64,000 nt of DNA, taken from NCBI GenBank assembly GCA_963726255.1, contig CAVSBL010000002.1, forward strand, positions 1,280,001 through 1,344,000. Reading direction: 5' to 3'. Shown piece by piece: positions 18,607 to 28,937 of the stretch. The stretch comes from Candidatus Bathyarchaeota archaeon (GTDB taxonomy: Archaea > Thermoproteota > Bathyarchaeia > 40CM-2-53-6). Within the stretch, counting starts at the first letter, position 1. Each line of letters starts with the position of its first letter. A program made the position numbers and the translations under genes. The notes below the pieces were generated by a model, which searched no databases, was not told where the DNA came from, and was given only the letters and a program-made list of their open reading frames with translations.

Positions 18607-19745
18607 TTGCGAGCAGTAATCGTTGAGCTGAAACTCCCAGCCCTTCCGCCGTTGGCTGATGAAACGAAGACTATGGCTGAGAACATCGGCTACGAGGTGG
18701 GTGGGACATTAATTCAGAAGAGGAAGAGCGTTCACCACTCCTACACCATCGGGCCCGGAAGATTGAAGGACCTGAAGCGATTGGTTGAGGAGACTGACGC
18801 GGACACGGTTATCTTCGCTAACGCGCTCACGAGCAGCCACGTCTTCAAGCTAACCCAGTACCTTGGCGGAGAGGTGCGTGTGATAGATCGTAACCTACTG
18901 ATACTCGAGGTATTCGATAAGCGAGCGTTCACGAACGAGGCGAAGCTCCAGATTCGCCTGGCCAAGCTCAAGTACACTCTATCGTGGGGTAGGGAGTTCA
19001 TCAAGCTGCGCGGTATAATGGGTGAACAGCTTGGTTGGATGGGACCAGGTGATTACCCATACCAAGAATACTACCGCGCGGCCAGGAACCGAATCAGCAG
19101 AATTGAAGATGAGCTTGACGACATCTACAAGAAGAAGATGCTCAAGCGGGACCGAAGGCGGGAACTTGGGTTTCCAATTGTTGCGTTGGCCGGTTACACT
19201 CAAGCTGGCAAGACAAGTTACTTCAACTTGGTAACTCATGAAGAAAAAGCCGTGGGCCTGGGACCGTTCACAACCCTCGGCACGTTCGCCGCAGAGCCAA
19301 TACGAGTTCCAACCCTGCCCATGACTCGCCGGAGTTCATTCTTATCGATTCAATTGGTTTCATAGAAGATATGCATCCCATAATCTTGAAGGCGTTTCAT
19401 GCGACACTGGGGGAACTGGCGACCGCCGACCTGGTTCTGTTGTTCGTTGATGCGAGCGATGCGGAATTCCCCTTGGAGAGAAAGGTTCGGTCATGCAGCC
19501 AAATCCTTCGTGAGATCGATATTACGTCACCAACAGTAGTGTGTGCGAACAAGATAGATCTAGTTTCGTCCGAGGAACTAGAGCAATCTATTTCCACGAT
19601 TAGGAAGTATTTTGTGAACGAAGATATCGTCTCGGTTAGCATCAAGACTGGGCAGAACTTGGACAAAGTTCTAGGCTTGGTTCGGTCGAAGCTGCAAGCA
19701 CAGAAACTCATAGTGAGGCCAGGAACGCCTCGACCGCAGCATTGA
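18607..19745 (+). CDS. hflX: HflX-family GTPase, 1-nt frameshift near 19290
   Basis: VIDRNLLILEVFDKRA, EAKLQIRLA, AGYTQAGKTS, then DSIGFIED and NKID in the shifted frame; one added C restores a 379-aa ORF. Confidence 0.85.
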
Positions 19746-20388
19746 ACGAGCGATGCTTCTCCAGCATGACGCTGTGTCCCGCACCGGGTATCACGACAAG
19801 CTTTGAGCCACTTATTTTCTGATGAAGGTACTGCGAATATTTGACTGGGGTCATGCGGTCATCCTCGCCTACGACGATTAGAGTCTTGCATGTTATTTTC
19901 TGCACGTCATTCATTCGGTCGAATTTATCGCATGCCATGAAATCGCCGTAGGTGACCTGAGGATTCATTCGTAGCAACTCTTGAGCAATCCTTTCGGCTA
20001 TTACAGGATCCGAGCTGGGAGATACGGACCAGGTGGCGATTAGTTTGCTGGCCTCCTCGTAGTTCTCGTTGACTTTGGATAGAAGGGCTGGGTGAACTCT
20101 AAGGCGCGCGCCAGTTCCGACTAGAACTAGCCCTGCTAGTTTGAAGTTGGCTAAGGCGAGTGTGATTGCGATTCCCCCACCCATCGAATGGCCTATAAGA
20201 ACCGGTTCCTTAACGGCCTCTTTCCTGATATGCTCCTCAACTGATGACGCATAATCCTCGATTGTGCTATACCCTGTGCCGGTTGGATGGCCGGGCAGTT
20301 CCACAGCCAAGGACCCTTTGAAATGTAGGAGCTGAAGCCGCCAAAGCATAGGGCTTGCTCCGGCGCCGTGAATGAATATGGGCGTCAA
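19708..20388 (-). CDS. alpha/beta hydrolase
   Basis: FIHGAG, LPGH, GHSMGG nucleophile elbow, GEDD, AGH. Confidence 0.92.
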   Translation of the reverse strand: MTPIFIHGAGASPMLWRLQLLHFKGSLAVELPGHPTGTGYSTIEDYASSVEEHIRKEAVKEPVLIGHSMGGGIAITLALANFKLAGLVLVGTGARLRVHPALLSKVNENYEEASKLIATWSVSPSSDPVIAERIAQELLRMNPQVTYGDFMACDKFDRMNDVQKITCKTLIVVGEDDRMTPVKYSQYLHQKISGSKLVVIPGAGHSVMLEKHRSFNAAVEAFLASL

Positions 20389-20477
20389 ATCTACCCGCTC
20401 TCGTATGCACAGTTGGGGCTAGAGACAATATAGAATAAGCGCAGATAGTTCGAATACAAACCGGAGGCGATGGGGCA

Positions 20478-21437
20478 TTGCGCACCCTATTTCTTTGTTT
20501 AGCAGTCGTTGCGCTGCTGACCATTGGCGTATCCTCTCCAGCCCCAGTTTTCGCTGCGAAAAAGATGCTCATGCAAGCGGCCTTGAACCCCACCGAAACC
20601 GATCAAGGCGTCACCGTGGCAATTACTGGGCGTGTTTTCGACCCGGCTAATACATCAATTCCAAACGCCGTCGTTTCGATTCAAGTTAATAACCCTCAAG
20701 GAACGAGCGTCCACCTCGCCGTCGCCTACACCGACCCCAACGGCTTCTTTCAGGATGCGTTCTTCATCGCATCGAACTCGCCCGGAGGCAATTACACTGC
20801 TTTCCTTGTCGCCGACAAGCCCGGTTATGACACCGACCGCGTAACGCTACCCTTCACCTACGCTTCGCCAGACTTTTCGATGCAAACCTCCACATCAACA
20901 CTATCACTACGCCAGGGAGAAACGAGTGCGGTTAGCGTGACCGTCCTCTCCATTCGGGGCTTTCGTGCGTTAGTGAACTTGACTGCACTAGAGCTTCCGG
21001 CCGGTGTCACTCTTCAATTCAACCCTGCCTCTGTCGTGCCGGGCGGGACAGCTACCGTGACCGTGGCAATATCCAGTTTCGCCGCGGTTCGTAACTATAC
21101 GATAACACTCCTCGGAGTCTCAGGGTCGGTGACACACAAAGTTTCGCTACAAGTCGAGGTGGCGCCTGGCCCCGTCCAAGGGATTTACTTGCCCATCACA
21201 ATCACAGCGATTGTTCTCGCTGCTTTCTTCCTGTTGCTCAGGTACCGTGGCAGGCATAAGCGGAGGGAAGTTGCACTGGAAGAATTGATCAAACAAGCAT
21301 CGGCCGATAAGGGCTATGTGGCAACCGCACGCGCCATCGCCCGCCTGGAAGAACTGAGGGCTATGAACACAGTGGACGAGGCAACATATCTACGCCTGAG
21401 GAAGGAATATGAAAAGCGTCTGGAGAAATCGAAATGA
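20478..21437 (+). CDS. secreted Ig-like domain protein with C-terminal TM and SHOCT-like tail
   Basis: Signal peptide, two beta-rich domains, TM helix, LEELRAMNTVDEATYLRLRKEY. Confidence 0.75.
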   Translation: MRTLFLCLAVVALLTIGVSSPAPVFAAKKMLMQAALNPTETDQGVTVAITGRVFDPANTSIPNAVVSIQVNNPQGTSVHLAVAYTDPNGFFQDAFFIASNSPGGNYTAFLVADKPGYDTDRVTLPFTYASPDFSMQTSTSTLSLRQGETSAVSVTVLSIRGFRALVNLTALELPAGVTLQFNPASVVPGGTATVTVAISSFAAVRNYTITLLGVSGSVTHKVSLQVEVAPGPVQGIYLPITITAIVLAAFFLLLRYRGRHKRREVALEELIKQASADKGYVATARAIARLEELRAMNTVDEATYLRLRKEYEKRLEKSK

Positions 21438-21438
21438 C

Positions 21439-22212
21439 TCACATTTTCTTGAGGGTCTCAGCAATCTCGCTTACGGACTTCGAGAAAGTGTGGTCGGGCT
21501 TCTCTAATGAGTAGATGATTTTTCCTCCGTACGCCATTAATTCGCACATGCAAGGTATCATCCCTACTAGCGGCAGATCCATGTCTGATTCAATCTGTCT
21601 TTCGAACTTCTCCCGGCCACCCGCCGCAGCTACTTGTTCCACCGGGATCTTGTTCAGGATAATCCCCGATTTTCTACCAAGCGCCTGGTAGACACCTTTC
21701 GAAAGTTCCTTCGTTCCTTCCAAGTCGAATTCGTCCGCTTTCATCACTAAGGAAACGAGGTCGGCTCCAGCCAGCGCGTTTATCGACGAGTATTGTGCGC
21801 CCGGGCTTGTGTCGTATATCAGGTAGTCGACTTTTTTCTGTTCGAAGATTTCTTTCTTTCCAGCGAGCGTTTTGCTTAGCGCTCTTACTTCCCATTTTCT
21901 ATCCTTGCTCATTATGTCCGTCAGAGCTTCGAGCGAAGGGTTAGCGTAACCCACCCACAATTTGCCTCGCAAGTTGAGCCGGCTCGACTCGTCAACGAGT
22001 GTATCGACAATCCCGCACTTCTCCTCAAGATAATCATTCAACCAGAATTCTGGCTTAGCCTTGAATAGAACATTCAGGCTGGGCGCGCGAAAATCGTAAT
22101 CGAGGAGGCAGACATTGGCACCTTGCTTGGCGTACAACGCCCCTAAATTAACGACGAGGGACGTTTTTCCCGTTCCACCTTTGTATGAGTGAAAGGCTAA
22201 ACTCTTACCCAT
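21439..22212 (-). CDS. MinD/ParA family ATPase
   Basis: SYKGGTGKT deviant Walker A, LLDYDFRAP, IYDTSPG, ILNK. Confidence 0.92.
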   Translation of the reverse strand: MGKSLAFHSYKGGTGKTSLVVNLGALYAKQGANVCLLDYDFRAPSLNVLFKAKPEFWLNDYLEEKCGIVDTLVDESSRLNLRGKLWVGYANPSLEALTDIMSKDRKWEVRALSKTLAGKKEIFEQKKVDYLIYDTSPGAQYSSINALAGADLVSLVMKADEFDLEGTKELSKGVYQALGRKSGIILNKIPVEQVAAAGGREKFERQIESDMDLPLVGMIPCMCELMAYGGKIIYSLEKPDHTFSKSVSEIAETLKKM

Positions 22213-22224
22213 TCTTGGTTTCCC

Positions 22225-22626
22225 TCAAGTCTCCACGTAGAAGTACACGTCGCGGCCTTTGCGTTTCTTCTTGACTAGTCCCATGGATACGAGTTGATTT
22301 AGGTAATCGCTTTCAACTGCCCGAACCCTTCCGGTCTCTTTGGAAAGGTCTGTTGCTGTGGCCTCTCCAAGTGTCGCCAAGCCCAACGCAGACTTCCGCA
22401 GGTGATCGGGTAGGGAGAGAAGGGTGGTTACATCAAGCGGCAGGTTTTCGGGGAGAGACATCGTTGAGCGCATAATCTGGCCACCTGAAGAACGCTGAAC
22501 TTCGATGAGTTTGTCAAGCTTCTTAGAAATGGCTTCCATGTTTCTGTTCATCCTCTTTAGTAGGTCAACTAGGACAGGATCAGTGCTCTTTGAGCTCACC
22601 GGAACCCACATGAAGACCTGCGTCAC
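22225..22626 (-). CDS. coiled-coil plus winged-helix DNA-binding protein
   Basis: LLSLPDHLRKSALGL...ATATDLSKETGRVRAVESDYLNQLVSMGLV...GRDVYF. Start may be downstream of 22626. Confidence 0.8.
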   Translation of the reverse strand: MTQVFMWVPVSSKSTDPVLVDLLKRMNRNMEAISKKLDKLIEVQRSSGGQIMRSTMSLPENLPLDVTTLLSLPDHLRKSALGLATLGEATATDLSKETGRVRAVESDYLNQLVSMGLVKKKRKGRDVYFYVET

Positions 22627-22737
22627 CAGACTATATGAAGTATGTTAGCGCTACACATAGACAGGAAAGGTAAGTGTAGTTGTGTGGCACGAAAAAACAC
22701 TTAAATACCTAACCGTCCCGTACAGGTTCGAACCAAG

Positions 22738-24297
22738 ATGTCTCCGCTGGTTCGCACTAGAAGTGCGATTGTAATTTTGCTTTGCGCCATAGCGGCGTCC
22801 TCACTGATCCAAATTGGCGCAATGTTGCCCGCCGCTGTGTCTGCCGAGAACACGATTTCAATACAGCTGCCGCGGGCGCCCGGGAGTACTGAGCAACTCT
22901 CGGCGAATGGGGCGGTGCAAGTTGACCTTGATAGTGGTAAGGTGACGGTTGAGCTTCATCAGGCTATGCCCGAATCGGTCTACACAGTGCTCTTCGTTTC
23001 CGCTCCTACTTCAGCCAATGTCCAAGTCGCAAACATCACAACCGATCAAGGAGGCGAAGGTAATGCTCATGTGGTAATGAGTTCCGGGACATATTTGGGC
23101 GTCTTCGAAGTACTACGGATCGGCCTCGTGCAATTTACATCAATGAATGCTTCTTTCACTATCGGGGCAACCGCGTCCACCTCTGTGACTCTTTCGACGT
23201 CTACAAACGAAGCCACATCAACCACAAACCAGACGACCGAGTCCCAAAGCACGGTGTCGGTTAACAACTCCGCAGCGTTCGTCTTTCAGGTGGAGCCCGC
23301 ATCTAGGTCGATCACTGCCGGAGATTTTGCGAAATTTGATGTGATGCTCGTACCAGGCGGTACAGTTGGAGCCTCAGCGAGCATTCTCCTAGTGGCAAGG
23401 GACGTGCCTCCCGGCAGCGTGGCAATCTTCTCTCCCAACGCAGGCGTCGCCGACCCTGAATTTCACTCCAAATTGACCATTGTAACTTCCGCTAACACGC
23501 CCGCAGACACTTACGTGGTCACGGCCGTAGCTCTCATCAATGGGCATGAATTCACGAATCAGATTACCCTAGAAATATCAGCAACCACAAACCCGATCTC
23601 CACGTCCACTGTTTCAGCGGCCGCAAACCTACTCCTAACGCTAACCACAGACCAGTCTCAGTACCAACCAAATGCAACTGTAACCGTCCACGGCCAAGTT
23701 ACTGATTCCATGGGAAGCGCAATCCCTGATGCTACCGTGTCAATTCAAGCTGATTCACCAACCGGGGCGGAGGTATTCTTTGGGGGCAGCATCCAAACTG
23801 ACGCTGCAGGAACATTCCACGCACAATTCACCATTGCGCCAAGCGCCACGCTAGGAACGTACACGGTCTTCGCAGCTGCAACCAAACCGGCTTATTCAAG
23901 CATAGCCGCGCGTTCAACATTCGTCGTCGGTTCCTCAACTACGCCAAGCGTCATCATTTCCACCGTCTACGCCGGTGACATAGCCGGCAACGCGATATCC
24001 ACCTTCTCAGTTGGACAAACGATAACGATCTGGGTCGTTGTACAGAACGTGGGGACAACATTCCAAGGCCTCATTTGGGTCCAAGTTCGCGATCCGAACG
24101 GCGTACCGGTTCAAATTGGAATTCACATTGCAAACCTCCCCACCGGTGAAACCATCAAGGATGGGATAGGGTTCACCCTTTTGAGTAACGCAACCCCCGG
24201 CGTTTACCGCGTCGACGCCCTGGTTTCTGACAAACTGATCTCCCAAGGCGGGTCTTTCCTAGCAGACGCCCAGACTCAATTTGCCTTAACGGGATGA
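22738..24297 (+). CDS. secreted multi-domain Ig-like surface protein
   Basis: Signal peptide, Ser/Thr linkers, MG2-like repeat (TDQSQYQPNATVTVHGQV); CTTAAATA TATA box near 22700. Confidence 0.8.
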   Translation: MSPLVRTRSAIVILLCAIAASSLIQIGAMLPAAVSAENTISIQLPRAPGSTEQLSANGAVQVDLDSGKVTVELHQAMPESVYTVLFVSAPTSANVQVANITTDQGGEGNAHVVMSSGTYLGVFEVLRIGLVQFTSMNASFTIGATASTSVTLSTSTNEATSTTNQTTESQSTVSVNNSAAFVFQVEPASRSITAGDFAKFDVMLVPGGTVGASASILLVARDVPPGSVAIFSPNAGVADPEFHSKLTIVTSANTPADTYVVTAVALINGHEFTNQITLEISATTNPISTSTVSAAANLLLTLTTDQSQYQPNATVTVHGQVTDSMGSAIPDATVSIQADSPTGAEVFFGGSIQTDAAGTFHAQFTIAPSATLGTYTVFAAATKPAYSSIAARSTFVVGSSTTPSVIISTVYAGDIAGNAISTFSVGQTITIWVVVQNVGTTFQGLIWVQVRDPNGVPVQIGIHIANLPTGETIKDGIGFTLLSNATPGVYRVDALVSDKLISQGGSFLADAQTQFALTG

Positions 24298-25340
24298 GGA
24301 CAATGTCGGATCCAAGAAATCACGATTTAGAGGACATCATATCAAACCTTAACAACATCCGTGAGGAGCTGGCCGAAAGCGTAGCGGCAGCTGATTCAAA
24401 AGGGTTGGACCACATCGACGAGAAAACGAATCACGAGGAAGATCCGTCCTCGCTTGCCCTTGAAGAGTACTTAGCCGGCAGGCTGCAGCAGATAGGTGAA
24501 GTTTCAACAGAGAAGAAAGGAATCAAGGGCTTACGGACTGGGAATGGCTGGGACCCCGGCCAAGTGATAGAGCACGTCTTCAAGATCGACCCGATATCAA
24601 TCAAGCGAGCAGTGGAGATTGCCGTCTCATCAGACCGAAACGCGAAGGAACGTCTTTCAAACTTCTTCAAGCGTTCCGAGGCGGAAGTGAGGATGGTTGG
24701 GACGCCGACGGTTGAATATATTCCAATATGGAAAGTGAAAGGCTTCCACGAATGCTACTACGTCCGGACCAATTCCTACAAGGTGAACGTCAAAGATGAT
24801 GTCGTAGCCGTTGAGGTCGAAAGCAAAAGCAGGGACTTAATCCTTGAACGCAAACACAGCCGACTAATCCCCGCAGCCATCCTAGAACGCCTCCAGAAAT
24901 TAGGCCCATTCCTCACAAACGAGTCAAAATACTTCATTGTGGGCGAAGCCCTTGAACTAGCAACTAAGAGAACAGAGTCCGAACTCGTTGTAACGGGAAC
25001 TGGGCGGCCTCTAACGCGAGACGAAGAAACCGACCTAACCTCTTGGAGGACCAAACGCATCTTCGACATGGAAGGCTTGAAAGTTCGAGGGGTGAACGTG
25101 AACGTTCGTGAAGGCATCTCAAAAGAAGCGCTCCTGAACAAGTTCCAAGAAAGCGTCGTCCGCATGCCGGAACGATTCAAACAAATCCTCAGTAACAAGC
25201 TGCAAATAACAGAACTGAAGCGAATTTATGTTCCCATAATCAAGGTCCCAATGCAGAAGGGCCTCGTCCCACGAGAAGTGATCGTGAACGGAACGAGAGG
25301 AGAAATCGCCGACACACGACTGCTCACCATATTAGAGTAA
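24294..25340 (+). CDS. hypothetical protein
   Basis: 348-aa ORF overlapping the upstream stop; internal YIPIWKV / IYVPI pseudo-repeat. Confidence 0.75.
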   Translation: MRTMSDPRNHDLEDIISNLNNIREELAESVAAADSKGLDHIDEKTNHEEDPSSLALEEYLAGRLQQIGEVSTEKKGIKGLRTGNGWDPGQVIEHVFKIDPISIKRAVEIAVSSDRNAKERLSNFFKRSEAEVRMVGTPTVEYIPIWKVKGFHECYYVRTNSYKVNVKDDVVAVEVESKSRDLILERKHSRLIPAAILERLQKLGPFLTNESKYFIVGEALELATKRTESELVVTGTGRPLTRDEETDLTSWRTKRIFDMEGLKVRGVNVNVREGISKEALLNKFQESVVRMPERFKQILSNKLQITELKRIYVPIIKVPMQKGLVPREVIVNGTRGEIADTRLLTILE

Positions 25341-25445
25341 CCCTTAACGAATGGCGGAAGACGGTAAGCTAAATTTGTAGTTCCTCCCCTCAGGCACCCC
25401 ATAGCGGAGGCGAGTCCACTGAGATTCTCACTGAAAGTACTCCCA

Positions 25446-26450
25446 TTGCTCTTCGTCATCTACGTTCTGTTGCTGGCCCCGCTGGGATTTTCGCAAAGCG
25501 CCCTAACAGTGACTGTTTCAACAAACAAGCCCCAGTACGCTCCAGGAGAGACAGTCATGGTTTCAGGAAGAGTCTTGGATTCCCAGAATAACGCGGTTGG
25601 AGGTGCAACTGTGTCGATACAAATCGGAGACCCTCCTCAATCTTACGATTTGGTCTACAGTGACAATTCTGGGGCCTACCAAGATGCATTCATCATACCC
25701 GCCAACTTTCGGCCCGGCCAATACACCATCTATGTGACGGCGAGTAAAGCCGGATTTACTATTTCCCCTCCGCAACAGACCCAATTCACGCTTGTACAAC
25801 AGAATACTTCTACGACTTCCTCGTCGTCTTCTTCTGCTTCGTCTCAATCCAACGGTCTGCCCAGCCCATGTTTCATTGCCACCGCAACCTACGGCTCGGA
25901 GATCGCGCCAGAAGTCGCTTTACTCCGTCACTTCAGAGACGCCCAAGTACTCCAAACCTCTGCGGGTCGAAGCTTCATGCAGGCCTTCAACGCCTTCTAC
26001 TACAGCTTCAGCCCTCAAGTTGCTGCTTTCATATCCTCCCATGGAGCGCTAAGGTCGGCGATGAAGATCGTTCTCTATCCGTTGATTGGAATCCTTTACC
26101 TTTCAAGCAGAATGTTTCAGGCATCGTCCTTCAACGAGGAACTGGCAGTCGTAATTTCCGGGACATTCGCGGCACTTGGAATTGGGGTTGTCTATTTTGG
26201 TCCGATTGCGATTCTTTGCAGCAGAATGGCGAAGCGTAACGTACGGTCGAGATGGCCGAATGCGAGATGGATGATATTGGGGAGCTGTTTGATCTCAACC
26301 TTTGGGATTGGCGTTGGGGAAGCAAGACAATCACCGGTATTTCTCACGGCAGCTACTGTGGCTGCAGTACTGAGTTTCGTTCTGCTCGGCGCTTTGTCGG
26401 TTCGGACTTTTGCTTCGCTGCTGAACGCGAGCGATAAGAAAACTCGGTAG
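25446..26450 (+). CDS. Ig-like domain plus CFI-box-CTERM membrane protein
   Basis: TNKPQYAPGETV domain, Ser-rich linker, CFIATATYGSEIAPEVALLRHFRD...FYYSFSP, C-terminal TMs. Confidence 0.88.
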   Translation: MLFVIYVLLLAPLGFSQSALTVTVSTNKPQYAPGETVMVSGRVLDSQNNAVGGATVSIQIGDPPQSYDLVYSDNSGAYQDAFIIPANFRPGQYTIYVTASKAGFTISPPQQTQFTLVQQNTSTTSSSSSSASSQSNGLPSPCFIATATYGSEIAPEVALLRHFRDAQVLQTSAGRSFMQAFNAFYYSFSPQVAAFISSHGALRSAMKIVLYPLIGILYLSSRMFQASSFNEELAVVISGTFAALGIGVVYFGPIAILCSRMAKRNVRSRWPNARWMILGSCLISTFGIGVGEARQSPVFLTAATVAAVLSFVLLGALSVRTFASLLNASDKKTR

Positions 26451-26479
26451 AGCCGCTTCCGACTACGAGCGGAAGGTCT

Positions 26480-26917
26480 CTAGCGCCTAGGTTTCTCTTT
26501 CTTACCCTTCATCAGGGCATCCAGAGAAACTGAGTTAATTGCATAAACCTTGTACCGTATGCCAGGAATGTCTCCCATCGCCTTGCCTTCGGCGCCGCCA
26601 ATACCCTCAATCAGAACTTCATCATGCTCGTCAATGAAGTTGAGGGCACCATCACCTGGGACGAAGGCGGTGATGACCTTACCATTCTTGATTAGCTGAA
26701 CGCGGACAGCTTTGCGGACTGCGCTGTTTGGTTGGCGGGACTCTACACCCACCTTCTCAAGCACAATGGCACGGCCTTGGGGTGCACCTTGAAGCGGATC
26801 TGCTTTGTAGTCGAGGCCCAACATCCGGCGCTTGTACGGTCGATAGTGCCACCTGAAACGACCTCTGTCCCTACTTGTTTTTCTTGCAGCAAACAGGCCG
26901 CTGGCGCCATTAGTCAA
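26480..26917 (-). CDS. rps12: 30S ribosomal protein uS12
   Basis: [38 protein letters not shown]. Confidence 0.97.
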   Translation of the reverse strand: MTNGASGLFAARKTSRDRGRFRWHYRPYKRRMLGLDYKADPLQGAPQGRAIVLEKVGVESRQPNSAVRKAVRVQLIKNGKVITAFVPGDGALNFIDEHDEVLIEGIGGAEGKAMGDIPGIRYKVYAINSVSLDALMKGKKEKPRR

Positions 26918-27078
26918 GACATTTCACTTCTCATGCAATCAGATTAGAGGCAGTCAACCTTCGGTTTGCTCTATATGTGCTTATCGTCCCAGACAAAATA
27001 AGCTACCCGGGCAGATCAACTTGTCAGAAGCCAGTCTAATCTATTATCCACAGCAAACTACAACATCCGGACCAAGAC

Positions 27079-28032
27079 ATGCCCTCAGTTGAATTCGGAG
27101 TGAAGACGGGCCAAGGCGGATACTCATTCGAGGATCTAAGAAAGGTGTGGTCCGCGTCTGAAGAACTTGGTTACGATTCCGCTTGGTTGTACGACCATTT
27201 TCACGCGCTCGGCAACAGAACAGACCCATGCCTTGAAGCGTGGACAACGCTCTCGGCGCTTGCGGCGATGACGAAAAGAATCAAGATTGGCACAATGACA
27301 ACTTGTACCTCGTATAGGCAGCCTTCACTCCTAGCCAAAATGGGGGCAACAGTTGACATAATCAGCCATGGCCGGCTGATCTTAGGAATCGGGGCCGGAT
27401 GGTATGAGGACGAGTATAACGCCTACGGTTACGAATTCCCGGACCCAAGAACCAGAGTTAGACAATTGAAGGAAGCATTGATCGTTATCGAAAAACTGTG
27501 GATTGAGGACCGCTCCACCTTCGAAGGAGATTTCTACTCTCTCCGGGATGCCGTATGCTTGCCTAAACCTGTGCAAAAACCTCGCCCAAGAATCCTGGTA
27601 GGGATATCGAAAGGCACGAGGACGATTCCCTACCTGGCTTCGCGTTACGCGGACGGTTTCAATACGCCCAACAGTTCACTCCAAGAATGCGGAAAAATTC
27701 TCGAGGCTGCGGAAAAATACCGGAAGGATTATGGGAAGACCCCGGATGCTCAGACTAGGTCTTTGCAGGCTTTCGTTCTGGTTGGAGAAAACCAATCAGA
27801 ACTCGATGAAACCGTTGAAAAAGCGGCGAAGAAGCGCGGGCAGTCGGCCGCTGAGTACCGGAAGCATGCCACTGAACGCGGTTTCATCTTGGGACAGCCC
27901 GATGAGATCGTCGGGGTATTACGAAAGTTCAAAGAGGCCGGGTTCAACAGTTTCCTCTTGGTGTTCATTAACGATACAGAAATACGTCCGCTCGAAACAT
28001 TTAGAGACAAGGTGGCCCCGCAGCTCAGGTGA
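27079..28032 (+). CDS. LLM-class (probably F420-dependent) oxidoreductase
   Basis: AWLYDHF, EAWTTLSALA, LAKMGATVDIISHGRLILGIGAGW, PKPVQKP. Confidence 0.9.
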   Translation: MPSVEFGVKTGQGGYSFEDLRKVWSASEELGYDSAWLYDHFHALGNRTDPCLEAWTTLSALAAMTKRIKIGTMTTCTSYRQPSLLAKMGATVDIISHGRLILGIGAGWYEDEYNAYGYEFPDPRTRVRQLKEALIVIEKLWIEDRSTFEGDFYSLRDAVCLPKPVQKPRPRILVGISKGTRTIPYLASRYADGFNTPNSSLQECGKILEAAEKYRKDYGKTPDAQTRSLQAFVLVGENQSELDETVEKAAKKRGQSAAEYRKHATERGFILGQPDEIVGVLRKFKEAGFNSFLLVFINDTEIRPLETFRDKVAPQLR

Positions 28033-28129
28033 AGACATTGAGTGATGAAGTCGTAATTCCAATCTATCCCCCACCCAGGAAACCTAAGCGTGCGAAGCGA
28101 ACTCGAACTAAGAGGCGAATGCCAGCCTC

Positions 28130-28873
28130 TTGAAAGTTACATTCCTGGGTTCTGGCGGTTCCTCAGTCAGCGCAAAACGTGCGTGTCCGTCGATTGTCGT
28201 GGACGAAGAAATAGTGTTCGACCTGGGGCCCGGGTCGCTGAAAAATCTAAGAAACTCTGGACTTAATCCGGATAACTTGTCGACCGTCTTCATCTCCCAC
28301 TGTCACACTGACCACATCTCGGACCTAGTCCCATTCCTTTGGGCAATTCAGATAGATGGGCGGAAGAATCCGTTACGGGTCCTTGGGCCGCCAGGATTCA
28401 AGCTGACAGTTCAGAAGTTACTGGAATGTACCTGCACGCCTAGTGATTCCTTCAAGTTCCCACTAACCATATCCGAACTAGGTTTCGGCCAAAGGATGGA
28501 GAACTTGCAGACGTGTGGTACGGTTCATTCGGTCCCCACTATGGCTTTCAGGGTCGAGGCACATGGGAAGTCCTTCTGTTACAGTGCCGACACAACCTAC
28601 TCCCCATCGGTCGTTGAGCTCGCCAGAAATGCAGACCTGCTTGTACATGAAGCAACATTCCTCGAAGACCAGTTAAACATCGCACAGTTGACGAAGCATT
28701 CCACAGCCCGTATGGCTGGTCAAGTGGGAAAGCAAGCCCACGCGAAACGGTTGACCCTATTCCATATACCCCCTCCAAACGAGAACAGGGAAAGTGATTT
28801 CCACGACGAAGCCATAAGCGAGTACGGAAGCGAAGTTCAACTCGGAACAGACCTAGCCACCATCGAATTTTGA
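28130..28873 (+). CDS. MBL-fold metallo-hydrolase (RNase Z-like)
   Basis: FLGSGG, ISHCHTDH, YSADT, HEATF, HST, LFH. Confidence 0.88.
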   Translation: MKVTFLGSGGSSVSAKRACPSIVVDEEIVFDLGPGSLKNLRNSGLNPDNLSTVFISHCHTDHISDLVPFLWAIQIDGRKNPLRVLGPPGFKLTVQKLLECTCTPSDSFKFPLTISELGFGQRMENLQTCGTVHSVPTMAFRVEAHGKSFCYSADTTYSPSVVELARNADLLVHEATFLEDQLNIAQLTKHSTARMAGQVGKQAHAKRLTLFHIPPPNENRESDFHDEAISEYGSEVQLGTDLATIEF

Positions 28874-28937
28874 TTCCCCACTCCCAAACTAGAGCTTAAA
28901 TTCTGAACACTGCAATCTCCTTCAATCGCAGGTTTAG

